NCBI GenBank assembly: GCA_014728295.1
Contig: WJLW01000083.1
Coordinates: 149,860 to 213,859 of the forward strand
DNA from: Chitinivibrionales bacterium
Lineage (GTDB): Bacteria > Fibrobacterota > Chitinivibrionia > Chitinivibrionales > WJKA01
DNA: 64,000 nucleotides
Reading direction: 5' to 3'
Under the pieces are notes generated by a model that saw nothing but the letters and a program-made list of their open reading frames with translations, was not told the DNA's origin and searched no databases. The number at the start of each line of letters is the position of its first letter. Position 1 is the first letter of the stretch. The position numbers and the translations under genes are program-made. Positions 1 through 9,866 of the stretch are shown here, piece by piece.

Positions 1-381
1 TTGAGGGATACCTCGAAAATGTATGTCAACAAGCGCAATGGGCTATCAGGTAATTATATCCGCTGCATCGTGTGCGACTCCACGCCGCGCTGGGTGGGAA
101 GCTGGGATGGCGGGCTGGATCGGCGCGTCGAGGATGTGTGGGTGCATCAAAGCGAGATTCCGGCGCCGGTTGTATATGCCGCGTATGATGCGAATCGAAA
201 TCTCTGGGTTGGCACCTGGGGTGCGGGAGTCTTTTATCGCAGCGAAGGAACCTGGCGCCACATTAGCCCGCAAAACAGCGGCTTGCCGGACGGGCATGTG
301 CTCGATATTGAATTTGCGCAGGACGGCAGAAATTATTTCGCAACAAATAAAGGAGTAGCGGTGTGGAAGCGAGGCAAGTAA
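1..381 (+). CDS. 3' fragment of a beta-propeller repeat protein (two-component-regulator-propeller / Y_Y_Y-like); the gene begins upstream of the window
   Basis: The reading frame is open from base 1. Repeated W/G-rich beta-strand motifs are visible (LWVGTWGAGVFY, NYFATNKGVAVW). There is no start codon context here. Confidence 0.35.
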   Translation: MRDTSKMYVNKRNGLSGNYIRCIVCDSTPRWVGSWDGGLDRRVEDVWVHQSEIPAPVVYAAYDANRNLWVGTWGAGVFYRSEGTWRHISPQNSGLPDGHVLDIEFAQDGRNYFATNKGVAVWKRGK

Positions 382-547
382 CAAAAATCTCATTCGATAT
401 TGCCTCCAACAATGTTTATATTAATAATGCCCTACGGATGAGCAACGTTCGGGGAAAATATAACCGTTTAAATGGTTTTGGTTTGCAATGTCGCAGGTTG
501 CAGTTGAGTCAAATTCAATTTGAATAATCATATATCAGGAGATAATC

Positions 548-1447
548 ATGGTATCTCGCAGAGGATTTCTCAAAGCAGGCGCGGCCGCATCCGCCGCATC
601 GATGGCGGCAGCACCGCTGCAGGCCGCTGATGCCAAGCCGGTGGTGGCAGTTGGCAAAGCCAACGCGGCAGAGGCAACGAAAAAAGCAATAGACGCATTA
701 GGCGGCATGCAGCAGTTCGTCAAGGACGGTGACCGTGTCGTGCTCAAAGCGAACATGGGTTTTCCCAATCCACCCGAATGGTCGACGACAACTCACCCCG
801 AAGTCGTTAAAACCGTTGCCCAACTTTGCCTGGATGCAGGTGCACGCCGTGTGATTTTGATCGATCATCCGCTGCGAGATGCTGAGCTGTGCAAGGAGCA
901 TTCGGGCATCGCCGCAGCCGTCAAGGATTTGAAGGGCGTCGTCCTCGCCATGCTCGAGGATGCCAAGTTTTATCAGGAAGTTGAGATCAAGGGCGGCAAG
1001 CAGCTTAAAAAAACTGCCGTGGCGAAAGAAGTGCTGCGTGCCAACTGCCTTATTAATGTGCCCACCGCAAAGTCGCATTCGGCAACCGGGGTGAGCCTGG
1101 GAATCAAAAACCTGATGGGCCTGGTCTGGGACCGATTGGTGTTTCACGAAAAGCTCGAGCTGAATCAGGCCATTGCCGATCAGTTATTCGTCATGAAGCC
1201 GCACCTGACCGTGATGGATGCAATTTACGCGCTGTTGACACGCGGCCCTGGCGGACCGGGCAAAACACAGCAGCTTGACACTGTCGTTGCCGGAGCGGAT
1301 CCGGTGGCGGTGGATTCGTATACGGTTGGGCTGGCACGGTGGTACAATCAGCAATTCACCGGAGCGCAGGTGAAGCATATTAAATGCGCGGCCGAATTAG
1401 GATTTGGCGAAATTGACATAGGCAAGATGACCGTGAAGGAAGTGTGA
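548..1447 (+). CDS. DUF362-domain protein with a twin-arginine (Tat) signal peptide
   Basis: The ATG at 548 is preceded by AGGAG. The N-terminus MVSRRGFLKAGAAASAA is a Tat motif. The body matches the DUF362 signature (VVLKANMGFPNPPEW...INVPTAKSHSATGVSLGIKNLMG). It lies 180 bp upstream of an Fe-S membrane protein. Confidence 0.75.
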   Translation: MVSRRGFLKAGAAASAASMAAAPLQAADAKPVVAVGKANAAEATKKAIDALGGMQQFVKDGDRVVLKANMGFPNPPEWSTTTHPEVVKTVAQLCLDAGARRVILIDHPLRDAELCKEHSGIAAAVKDLKGVVLAMLEDAKFYQEVEIKGGKQLKKTAVAKEVLRANCLINVPTAKSHSATGVSLGIKNLMGLVWDRLVFHEKLELNQAIADQLFVMKPHLTVMDAIYALLTRGPGGPGKTQQLDTVVAGADPVAVDSYTVGLARWYNQQFTGAQVKHIKCAAELGFGEIDIGKMTVKEV

Positions 1448-1629
1448 TTGAAATCAGCAATCAGACGCGATAATAAGCATCAGGCTCACCTTGTGAGTTG
1501 TCGCCGCGCGACAAAAACCGATGTTGGCCTGTTAGTCAGTTTCGGTGGGAGCTTCATCGAAATCCAACGCAAACTCAGAAACTGTTCTGTGCATATTCCG
1601 GTAAATCCTGTAACTCCCGGCAAAAAAAC

Positions 1630-3393
1630 ATGAAGTTACGCACCATTCGCATTCTCTCCCAAACCGTCACTTTTGCCCTATTCATAACGCTTTTTTTCCT
1701 GACGCTCTATCCGTTTGCCGAATACCTTCCCGTCGAACTATTCCTGCAGCTTGATCCGCTCGTTGCTCTGGTTGCCATGATTGCCGGGCATGCCCTGATC
1801 GTCACCATGCTCTGGTCGGTGATTATTCTGCTGGCCACCCTAATACTCGGCAGATTTTTCTGCGGCTACGTCTGTCCGCTCGGGTCGATGATCGACTTTT
1901 CGGATTGGCTGCTGTTCACTCATTTTCGCAAGGCCGAAGACCCCTACCCCAAGCCCCGCCGCAACATCAAGTATTTCGTATTGACCGGCGTCGTTGCCGC
2001 ATCGCTACTGGGCGCCAATATGCTCCACTTTTTCAGTCCGATGTCGATTGCGCCGCGCTCGATAGCACTGGTGATATTCCCGCCACTGGTCTGGCTGGGA
2101 AACTTTACGCTCGATATTCTGCGGCCGGTATTCTATCGCATCGGTCTGGACGGTATTGCCGTCTTTTCATTCCAGCAGAAAGCTTTTGCCGGATCGATTC
2201 TATCATTACTTTTGTTTGCCATCGTCATCGGCGGGGGGTATTGGCGCAAGCGCTTCTGGTGCCGCTATGTCTGCCCGACCGGTGCACTGCTCAGCATCAT
2301 CTCCCGCTGGGCGCCTATCAAACGAAAGGTCGGTCCGTCGGCCTGCAACAATTGCGTCAAGTGCATGCTGCAGTGCGACATGCGCGCCATCGAAGAGGAT
2401 CCGCGCAAAACGGTATTGACCGAGTGCACGCTCTGCGGCGACTGTATCGGCTCCTGCAATAAAGGCGGCGTCTCGATCGGCTGGACGTGGCCCGGCCCGC
2501 GCGGCTCTAATGACAAATTGGTGGTTGGTCGCCGTCAATTCGTCTATTCTGCAATAGGCGGGGCAGCCCTGGCAACGGGGCTCAAAAGCGGCATGCTGGT
2601 TCCGGCAAGTGATGACGGTCGCTTCATTCGTCCGCCGGGGGCGATTCCCGAAAAAGAATTTCTTGCTCAATGCATTCGCTGCGGTGAATGCATGAAGGTC
2701 TGCAAAACCAACGGTCTGCAGCCTGCGTTGCTCGAAGCGGGCATGGACGGTCTCTGGACACCCTGCCTGATCCCCCGCCAGGGTGAATGCGAGGAAAAAT
2801 GCAACATGTGCGGGCATGTCTGTCCGACGCAGGCCATCCGTGCGCTGCCGTTGCGGGAGAAGCAGTTTGTCAAGATGGGCACCGCAGTCATCGACCGGCA
2901 TCGCTGCATCGCCTGGGAGCAAAACAAGCTCTGTCTCATTTGCGATGAAGTGTGCCCCTACGATGCGATCGAATTCAAAATCATTCAAACACATGACGGC
3001 AGCTTCAAAAGGCCCTACGTGCTTGAGGATAAATGCACCGGCTGCGGATTGTGCGAAAAGAAATGCCCGGTTGACGGACGCGCCGCCATTGAGGTGTATT
3101 CGTTTGGTGAAGAGCGCAGCAAACGCGGCTCGTACATCACCGATACCAAAATCAGAATGCGCAAGGTAACCGAAGATCATACGGGCAGCTATGATGCACG
3201 TTCGCTCGGTTCGGGCGGGGAAGGCAGGGCTGTTCACTCAGACCGCAAAGCACCGCCATCAGCGGACACGACGAAGAAGCTTCCCGGAGGATTCATTGTC
3301 GATGATGCAAAACAGGAGGCGTTGCCGGGTGGGTTTATTACCGATGATCCAGCGCGGCAGCCGTTACCCGGCGGATTTATCGTGGACGAATAG
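1630..3393 (+). CDS. NapH/MauN-like polytopic membrane polyferredoxin with six 4Fe-4S cluster motifs and a C-terminal 14-aa tandem repeat
   Basis: An in-frame ATG at 1630 (MKLRTIRILSQ) is followed by a hydrophobic segment; the track ORF at 1498 is an upstream extension. The motifs CGYVCPLG and CRYVCPTG are typical of NapH/MauN. Six CxxCxxCxxxCP ferredoxin motifs are present. The protein ends LPGGFIVDDAKQEA / LPGGFITDDPARQP / LPGGFIVDE. Confidence 0.8.
   Translation: MKLRTIRILSQTVTFALFITLFFLTLYPFAEYLPVELFLQLDPLVALVAMIAGHALIVTMLWSVIILLATLILGRFFCGYVCPLGSMIDFSDWLLFTHFRKAEDPYPKPRRNIKYFVLTGVVAASLLGANMLHFFSPMSIAPRSIALVIFPPLVWLGNFTLDILRPVFYRIGLDGIAVFSFQQKAFAGSILSLLLFAIVIGGGYWRKRFWCRYVCPTGALLSIISRWAPIKRKVGPSACNNCVKCMLQCDMRAIEEDPRKTVLTECTLCGDCIGSCNKGGVSIGWTWPGPRGSNDKLVVGRRQFVYSAIGGAALATGLKSGMLVPASDDGRFIRPPGAIPEKEFLAQCIRCGECMKVCKTNGLQPALLEAGMDGLWTPCLIPRQGECEEKCNMCGHVCPTQAIRALPLREKQFVKMGTAVIDRHRCIAWEQNKLCLICDEVCPYDAIEFKIIQTHDGSFKRPYVLEDKCTGCGLCEKKCPVDGRAAIEVYSFGEERSKRGSYITDTKIRMRKVTEDHTGSYDARSLGSGGEGRAVHSDRKAPPSADTTKKLPGGFIVDDAKQEALPGGFITDDPARQPLPGGFIVDE
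3280..3390 (+). repeat. In-frame 42-nt tandem repeat (two full units plus one partial unit) encoding the LPGGFI(V/T)DD motif at the polyferredoxin C-terminus
   Basis: Direct comparison of cttcccggaggattcattgtcgatgat... / ttgccgggtgggtttattaccgatgat... / ttacccggcggatttatcgtggacgaa shows the repeat. Confidence 0.8.
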
Positions 3394-3503
3394 GATTGTG
3401 TGGTATTTGCCATACACACCGGCTGGAGACGGGATGCGCCCGGTCTACTCCGCCTGGCCATGAATCATCACCCCGGCTATGACTTGCATCTGTAAGAGCA
3501 TTC

Positions 3504-4136
3504 TTACCCACGGAATATCTCCCCTACTTTCTTCGCTACCGCTTCCCCCAGCTTGCGCTGCTCGGGCGCCTCGAGATGGATTCCGTCAATCGGGGATGAA
3601 TTCACATGATCTCCTGCATTCAGATAATAACACCCCTGCAGCTCCGCAATCTGGCGGTAATATTTGTCAAACAGCTTCGACTTCTCCTCGCCATTGGCAA
3701 AGTTGTCGGCATAGCCGGTCAACTTTCCGAAGGAAGGCGGAGCAATAAGCAGCACGATGGGCGCCTTGCCGTTGATGCCGGTGTCACTTGCCTGGATGAT
3801 CGTCACGAGCTTGCCGGCGCCTTGGGCGACGTCGATAGGAGCGGCGCTAAAGCGAGTTTTCAGATCATTCGTCCCCAGCATAACAGCTACCAGATCGAGC
3901 GGCTTGTGCGACTCGATGCAGGCAGGAAGATAGGTCAGGCCGTTTTTATGCGCGCCCTCGAATGGATCGTCACGCATGGTCGTTCTGCCGTTCAGGCCTT
4001 CGGGAATGATTTTGTAATCTGTTCCCAGCCAGCGTTGCAGGATGCAAACCCAGCGGTCCTCTTCGGCAAAACGCCGTGAGGTGGCGGGATTATAGCCCCA
4101 GGTATTCGAATCGCCATAGCAAAGGATGGAAATCAT
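3504..4136 (-). CDS. SGNH/GDSL-family hydrolase (arylesterase/lipase-like)
   Basis: An ATG at 4134-4136 (complement) starts MISILCYGDSNTWGY, the GDS(N) catalytic-serine block I. The GTND block III is present in VMLGTNDL. A GGAGAG Shine-Dalgarno sequence lies upstream. The longer track ORF to 4220 is probably an N-terminal over-extension. Confidence 0.75.
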   Translation of the reverse strand: MISILCYGDSNTWGYNPATSRRFAEEDRWVCILQRWLGTDYKIIPEGLNGRTTMRDDPFEGAHKNGLTYLPACIESHKPLDLVAVMLGTNDLKTRFSAAPIDVAQGAGKLVTIIQASDTGINGKAPIVLLIAPPSFGKLTGYADNFANGEEKSKLFDKYYRQIAELQGCYYLNAGDHVNSSPIDGIHLEAPEQRKLGEAVAKKVGEIFRG

Positions 4137-4203
4137 AACAATCTCTCCGGCAAAAATGCATAGACCAGAAACAGGAAGGTAATGAATATAATCTGTTGAT
4201 TGC

Positions 4204-5040
4204 TTATTGGGGGACGGCAACTGCCAGCACCGGGCAAGTGACGTGCTTGAGTACCTGCTCGGTAATACTGCCGGTAATTTTCTGCGGAAGCGTGTCGCGG
4301 CCGTTGGTGGTCATGACGATGAGATCCGCCTTTCTCGCTTCTGTCTGCCGGTTGATCAGCGAAACGATATTCTCACTGTAGGTTTCTTCCTGCCAGTAAG
4401 GCATCAGATTATTGGGGATCGTAACTTCGGGGAAAGACCGGCCGTCGTGGATGCCGATGATTTGCGGAGATGATTTGAGCAACGGTAAGGTCTTGCTCAG
4501 AAACATCAGCCCGTCGAATGCAAAAGGGAAATCGGCCGTCGGAAGCAGGATCGTGTCAAGCCTGATGTCGCCTGTGTCAAAGTCGACAAAACCGCGGCAG
4601 TCCTCGGGAATATACAACGTGGTCTGTCGAAAAGTGTTAACCAGAAAGGAAGTAAGATCGCTGCCGAACAGGCGTCCGAAGGTTCGCCTCGGATTGAGGC
4701 CGATCACCAATAAATCATTATCATGTTTGGTGAAACGCTTTTTGATAACTTTTTTGTAGTTATTGCTTGCACGCAGCTTTTTTACCGAGATGCCCAGTCC
4801 ACTCACCGCATCCCGCGAACTGCTTTCGGGCAGCCAGCCCCACTTCTCGTACATGCTGCGTACGCTGAAATCGGGCACGTCATCGCTGTGCGGACGCACG
4901 TCGACAATTTCGATGGTTCCCTGGAACGCGACGGCCAGGCGCAGGGCATGCGCAAATGCATTGATGGAAGAGTCGTGTTCGTGAATGATGTGACTGGTGC
5001 GCAGAGGCGTCTCATTGGGGCTAACATCTTCTCCTGCCAT
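4204..5040 (-). CDS. Tandem universal stress protein (UspA-family) domains
   Basis: Two USP-like halves are visible: HIIHEHDSS...LLVIG and LIVMTTNGR...ITGSITEQVLKHVTCPVLAV (an ATP-binding G-x2-G-x9-G-S/T-like motif). The ATG lies at 5038-5040. Confidence 0.65.
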   Translation of the reverse strand: MAGEDVSPNETPLRTSHIIHEHDSSINAFAHALRLAVAFQGTIEIVDVRPHSDDVPDFSVRSMYEKWGWLPESSSRDAVSGLGISVKKLRASNNYKKVIKKRFTKHDNDLLVIGLNPRRTFGRLFGSDLTSFLVNTFRQTTLYIPEDCRGFVDFDTGDIRLDTILLPTADFPFAFDGLMFLSKTLPLLKSSPQIIGIHDGRSFPEVTIPNNLMPYWQEETYSENIVSLINRQTEARKADLIVMTTNGRDTLPQKITGSITEQVLKHVTCPVLAVAVPQ

Positions 5041-5087
5041 ACGAGTATCATACTATTGAATCAACACGCGTGTCAAACCAAATGTGA

Positions 5088-8000
5088 TTACGTTGTACGG
5101 CGCTTGTACAGCGTTACCTGCTTGTAATCGGCCGTCAGGTCGAAAGCTGCGCGCAAAGCGTCGAGGTAGGGGCTCGATATGGCGGGATCATTGTTGATTG
5201 TTTCGACAACGATGCGCGCACGCGGCTGGAAGCTCCGGGAAAGCAGATGATGCAACGGCGCAAAATATCTGGTGAGGTCGGGATCGGTACTGTCCGGTTT
5301 GATGCGTAGATTTTTGCCGTTCTTACGCGAAATCAATACCGGTTCAATGCCGTGCATGACGACATGGCTGCTTTCCAGTCGGTGCGGCAGCTTTCCCCTG
5401 AGTTGGGCAAGACCAAGACCGCACAGGGAAGCCGGATCGGTGGCATTGAACCAGTAAATGCGATCATCGTCCTTGAGCCGCTGCAGCGATCGCAAAGCGC
5501 GGTGTGAAATAAACTGCGGCCCGGGTATGCCCTCGAAAAAGTAGCCGGAGGTAATTTCACCCGACAGTTCCATAATACGCAAGGTGCGAAATATCGATCG
5601 CCACTGAAAGGATGCCGATTCGCGGGCAAGCAGTTCCCGGAAGAGAATGCCGTAGCGTTCGAGCAGAATGCGTACCCGATCCTTATTGTTTTCCTCCGCA
5701 TCAATCGGATCGTTTGCGTTCCGGTCAACCGGCAGTGCGTACCAGTTGCCGGCAAAGGGGGTCGATGCTTTCCAGCGGGCAAAGCCCCGGCGAGTTGTGC
5801 GCGGGTCGGCATGCTGGTGATGTGCGTCGGCCGGTTGTGCGCCAAACCCGGATTGTATTCCCTTGCGAACGGCAGCGTAACTGTCGTTAACCAGAACTCC
5901 GGCCCAGACGAGATCCCACAATCTGCGCGCCAGTTCGTCGCTGCGCATTCCGGTATGACGCACCAGTGCTGCAAAGTCGTGCTTGCCCAAACCGGCGGGA
6001 ATAAGCTCGTCAAGCTCATCAGGCCTGGATTGCACATGCGCGAGCAGGGAAATATCGCCATCGAATCCAAATGTCAAGCTTGGCCTGCCGGCGCCGAACC
6101 AGGCAGCATCACTTTCCTGCATGACGGCGTCGAGCCAGGCCGTATCGTACCGCGCGATTCGTGCGGGGAAGATGTCGGACTCCCATGCTTTGGCGGGAGC
6201 TGGATAGCCGGTTAGCTGCTCGATGGTTTCATACACACCGGTGGTTGCCTGGCGAAGTGAGATCAATCCCTGCCGATGGGCCAGAAACTGCTGCAGTGCG
6301 ATGAGCGGGCACGGCGCAATGTGTGGTACGGCGTCGGCACGCTGTATGCGCAACATTATTTCAAAATTGCGGCTGTCACACAAGTACACCGAATCGTCGG
6401 CTTCGAGCAACCGGCCGCAAACCAGGGTTTGCGCGTCGGTCAAAGCTTCGATGCAATGCGACCCTCGCCCCCGGGATATCTGCAAGTTCTGGCTCACAAA
6501 GTCAACGTCCACCGGCCCGTAATACTGCAGCCAGGTTGCGATAATCGAAGTCACTTCCTCATCGGCATCGGTTTCTGCGTCATGCGCGATGGGGAGCATA
6601 TCGAAAACATCGCCTGCAATCCCGGTTAGTGCAATAAGCGACGGATCCCAGCCGCATCCGTGAGTCAGTCGCGGCAGCGCTTCACGTGCGGCAATTATGT
6701 CCAGGTCCAACTGCATTGAGCGAATTCTCACCAGTTTGGGAGCTGCCTCATCAATCCAGCCGCATTCGTCCTGCTGGTCCAGCCTGATCCGTTCAAGCAT
6801 TATTTCCCATTCGCCAAACGGCACGGCAATGCGTTCCTTGACCCATTCGATCAGCTCGACGGGGGAATCCGGTGCATAGCCCGGCGCCAGGCGTTGCCGC
6901 TTGCGTACAAACTCCTGCACGATGCCGGGCTTAAGCGACGGGCGAAGGCCGGGCGAGAACACAACGTCGCGCAAAATATCATCGCTGAGCTGTGACGGTT
7001 TGCCTTCGGCAGGATCGTCGCGCTGGTACATGTATTGATTGATCTGGTTCCAGGCAATGCCGGCGGCCATCGGGCCGGGGCTTGTGGTATGGGTTTCGCT
7101 CCAGGCAATGTGGCCGCCGGCCAGTTCGCTAAGCACCAGGCGCAAACCGTCGAGATCAAACTCGTCCTGCAGGCAGGTTCGCCACGCTTCGAGGAGCATG
7201 GGAAAGTCATGATAATTCGAGACGGCCTGCAGCAGCTTCTGTGAGCGCAGACGATTCATCCATAGCGGCAGACGGTGTTTTATGCGGTTTCTGGTGACGA
7301 GCAGGGCGCGCCCGGCGCATTCCCGAAAGCGTGCGCCGAAAAAGCCTGAACCCTCGAGTCGCGTGCGCAGCAGCGATTCGAGATTCTCCGGCGTGACCAG
7401 CGACAAAAATTCCTCTCCCCTGATTTCATGCGGTAGTTGCATGACAACCGAGTCGTTTTCGGGAAAAATTTCGGCGCGGTGCTTGAATGCCTGTTCCCAC
7501 GCAGTATCGAGAGCCAGGGCAAACGGTCGATTAACCCGTCCGCCCCAGAACGTATGCAGCACAACCTGGTTGCCGGGTGCTCCACCCGGCCCGCGGGCGA
7601 TATGCTCGATCACGACGTGGTGACGATGCGGCAGGGCAACACCGGTCGCTTCTTTCTGTCGCTTGAGAAAGTCAATGAGCTGCTGCGCCGCAACGCCGTC
7701 CATGCAATGACGCTTTTCAAGTTCGGCCCGAAAGGAGCGGTCCCCGATCAGGTCATTGGCATGTTCGAGAAACTCCCCGATCGCAGATGAAAAGTGGAAG
7801 TCACGATTGAGCGATTCGCCTACCCAGAAGGGAATTTCCGTGCTGTGCGGGCCTGCGGCCGAGACGAATACATCGTTGTGGGTAATCTGCTCGATGCGCC
7901 ACTTCTGGGTTCCCAGAGTAAACGCATCACCGATTTTGGCTTCCCAGACAAACTCTTCATCCAGATCGCCGATGCGTGCATTGCTCTGCTGGTGACGGAG

Positions 8001-9518
8001 AGTGTAGTGCCCCCGGTCGGGAATCATACCGCCCGAGGTGTACAGCGCGAGCCGTACGCCTTTGCGCGCGGCAACTCTGTTTTCGAGCTTGTCAATTGCT
8101 ATGCGGGGCTGCAGTTCACGAATACGGCTGTCGGCATAGCGTCCGGCAAGCATGGCGAGCACGAGGTCAAACAGCTTTCGCTCGAGATGCCGATAGGGAT
8201 AGCTGGTATGCAGCAGGCTATAGAGCTCGTCGCAGCCCCACTCCCGCGTGATGGTCATCGATATGATGACCTGCGCCAGCACGTCCAGCGGAGCATCGAT
8301 CGGTCTGCATGATTCGATATGCTGATTGACGATCGCGGGGGCAAGCACGGCGGCTTCGACAAAATCCATCGGATGTGAAGGACAGATGGTTCCCCTGCTC
8401 GCCTCACCCACCTGATGGCCCGCACGGCCAATGCGCTGAATAGCGGAAGAGACCGAAAACGGACTTTGTATCATGATTACCTCGTCAAGCGCTCCTATGT
8501 CAATGCCCAGCTCGAGCGAATTGGTGGCCACGATGGCCTTGAGTTCACCGGATTTCAGCTTGTGCTCGACCGTCGTGCGTATTTCCCGGGAAAGCGAACC
8601 GTGATGCGCATAGGCGAGTGGTTGACCTTCGCCACTATTGATCTTTGTAGTGATTTTCTCGCACAGCCGGCGACTGTTGGTGAAGATCAATGTCGAGGTA
8701 TTGGCGGCGATGCGGGACTTGAGGGAGGGCGCCAGCGTATCCCATAATGATTCCTGCACATCGCGGTCGACAGCTTCCCGGGGAGAGATAACGCTCACTT
8801 GATACTTTTTAGTCACTGCGCAAGAGAGGATCGCTACCTTGCGGGGACGGCAGGTTCCGTCCGGCAAAGCAGTGTATCCCCCGACAAATGCAGCAACGGT
8901 CTGCAGCGGCTTGACGGTTGCGGAGAGGGCAATGCGCTGAAAATCGCCGCTTAAGGGCACAATCCGGTCTATGGCGGTTATCAGATGCGTACCCCGTCGC
9001 TGGTTGACGACGGCATGTATTTCGTCAAGTATGACACATTTGATCCGGTGCAGCACCGCCGTGCCGCTGCGGGAGCTGAGCATGATGTTGAGGCTTTCCG
9101 GCGTGGTGATAAGTATCTCCGGTGGCGCGCGCAGCATTTTGCGGCGCTCCTGCTGTGGCGTATCACCGCTGCGCGTAAGCACGTTGATGCGGGGAAAGGT
9201 CTTGTTGTTGCGGTCGAACAGAGAGTGCAGCTCATTCAGCGGGCGAATCAGATTTTTGCGAATATCGTTATTTAATGCTTTGAGGGGGGAGATGTAGATC
9301 ACCGACGTCTCTCCCGCCGGCCACTGTTTGCGAATCAACTGGTTCAATGCCCAGAGAAATGCAGCCAATGTCTTGCCGCTGCCGGTGGGTGCGGTAATGA
9401 GCACATGCTCATCCTGCGAAATGTGTTCCCATGCTTTACGCTGGATATCGGTCGGCTCGCCGACCGAAGTCAGCAGCCACTCGGCAATACGGGGGTGAAA
9501 TTTGTGCAGCGCATCCAT
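5088..9518 (-). CDS. lhr: Lhr-family large ATP-dependent DEAD/DEAH-box helicase
   Basis: The protein is 1476 aa. The N-terminus (TDIQRKAWEHISQDEHVLITAPTGSGKTLAAFL) carries a Q-motif and Walker A. DEIH (VILDEIHAV), SAT and helicase motif VI (QRIGRAGH) are present. The long C-terminal extension is typical of the Lhr core plus CTD. Confidence 0.85.
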   Translation of the reverse strand: MDALHKFHPRIAEWLLTSVGEPTDIQRKAWEHISQDEHVLITAPTGSGKTLAAFLWALNQLIRKQWPAGETSVIYISPLKALNNDIRKNLIRPLNELHSLFDRNNKTFPRINVLTRSGDTPQQERRKMLRAPPEILITTPESLNIMLSSRSGTAVLHRIKCVILDEIHAVVNQRRGTHLITAIDRIVPLSGDFQRIALSATVKPLQTVAAFVGGYTALPDGTCRPRKVAILSCAVTKKYQVSVISPREAVDRDVQESLWDTLAPSLKSRIAANTSTLIFTNSRRLCEKITTKINSGEGQPLAYAHHGSLSREIRTTVEHKLKSGELKAIVATNSLELGIDIGALDEVIMIQSPFSVSSAIQRIGRAGHQVGEASRGTICPSHPMDFVEAAVLAPAIVNQHIESCRPIDAPLDVLAQVIISMTITREWGCDELYSLLHTSYPYRHLERKLFDLVLAMLAGRYADSRIRELQPRIAIDKLENRVAARKGVRLALYTSGGMIPDRGHYTLRHQQSNARIGDLDEEFVWEAKIGDAFTLGTQKWRIEQITHNDVFVSAAGPHSTEIPFWVGESLNRDFHFSSAIGEFLEHANDLIGDRSFRAELEKRHCMDGVAAQQLIDFLKRQKEATGVALPHRHHVVIEHIARGPGGAPGNQVVLHTFWGGRVNRPFALALDTAWEQAFKHRAEIFPENDSVVMQLPHEIRGEEFLSLVTPENLESLLRTRLEGSGFFGARFRECAGRALLVTRNRIKHRLPLWMNRLRSQKLLQAVSNYHDFPMLLEAWRTCLQDEFDLDGLRLVLSELAGGHIAWSETHTTSPGPMAAGIAWNQINQYMYQRDDPAEGKPSQLSDDILRDVVFSPGLRPSLKPGIVQEFVRKRQRLAPGYAPDSPVELIEWVKERIAVPFGEWEIMLERIRLDQQDECGWIDEAAPKLVRIRSMQLDLDIIAAREALPRLTHGCGWDPSLIALTGIAGDVFDMLPIAHDAETDADEEVTSIIATWLQYYGPVDVDFVSQNLQISRGRGSHCIEALTDAQTLVCGRLLEADDSVYLCDSRNFEIMLRIQRADAVPHIAPCPLIALQQFLAHRQGLISLRQATTGVYETIEQLTGYPAPAKAWESDIFPARIARYDTAWLDAVMQESDAAWFGAGRPSLTFGFDGDISLLAHVQSRPDELDELIPAGLGKHDFAALVRHTGMRSDELARRLWDLVWAGVLVNDSYAAVRKGIQSGFGAQPADAHHQHADPRTTRRGFARWKASTPFAGNWYALPVDRNANDPIDAEENNKDRVRILLERYGILFRELLARESASFQWRSIFRTLRIMELSGEITSGYFFEGIPGPQFISHRALRSLQRLKDDDRIYWFNATDPASLCGLGLAQLRGKLPHRLESSHVVMHGIEPVLISRKNGKNLRIKPDSTDPDLTRYFAPLHHLLSRSFQPRARIVVETINNDPAISSPYLDALRAAFDLTADYKQVTLYKRRTT

Positions 9519-9866
9519 TCAGGCAGCCCGATCGAGAGCGGAAACGGAAACGCCGGCGGAATTGACGGACTCAAGCCGCTGCCAGTCATCAACGATCTCA
9601 CCGATGTGCTCGACCGGCCAGGCGGGACGTTGGCCGTAGAATATGCACAGGTAATTGCCCGGGGAGGAATAGGCCAGTCCACCTGCCGGAATTTCGGCAA
9701 CCGGCGAATCCGAGCCAAAATCTATGCCGATTGATCCGTACAGCTCGTTGCCCCAGCCGCTCAGATTGATCGTGCAGGGCAGAATCTCATAAAACGAACG
9801 GCCAATCCTGGTATCAAACACCGTGGCGGTAAGAGTAAAGTTTTCGAACGCAAGTTTGATATTCAT
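9519..9866 (-). CDS. Small hypothetical protein (possibly cyclophilin-like fold) translationally coupled to lhr
   Basis: An ATG at 9864-9866 starts MNIKLAFENFTL. Its TGA stop at 9519-9521 directly abuts the lhr ATG at 9516-9518. No motif is firmly recognised. Confidence 0.4.
   Translation of the reverse strand: MNIKLAFENFTLTATVFDTRIGRSFYEILPCTINLSGWGNELYGSIGIDFGSDSPVAEIPAGGLAYSSPGNYLCIFYGQRPAWPVEHIGEIVDDWQRLESVNSAGVSVSALDRAA

Noticed and set aside
473-502. Sigma-54-like promoter elements (TGG...TTGCA twice) upstream of the DUF362 gene
   Set aside because: The GG and GC dinucleotides are spaced one nucleotide off the strict -24/-12 consensus. A similar near-miss lies upstream of the SPFH gene at about 31395-31412. 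These were not called without a matrix scan.
1498-1629. N-terminal extension of the polyferredoxin ORF in the track
   Set aside because: An in-frame ATG at 1630 is immediately followed by the first TM helix. The extension overlaps the upstream DUF362 gene's terminator region and has no features.
2206-3237. 343-aa minus-strand ORF inside the polyferredoxin gene
   Set aside because: It is antisense to a gene with six unmistakable 4Fe-4S motifs. It is Arg/Ala-rich with low complexity, typical of high-GC antisense frames. It has no motifs or Shine-Dalgarno sequence.
3408-3429. Imperfect hairpin gtgtggtatttgccatacacac between convergent genes
   Set aside because: The stem is short and imperfect, and no U-tract follows on either strand. 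This is insufficient to call a terminator.
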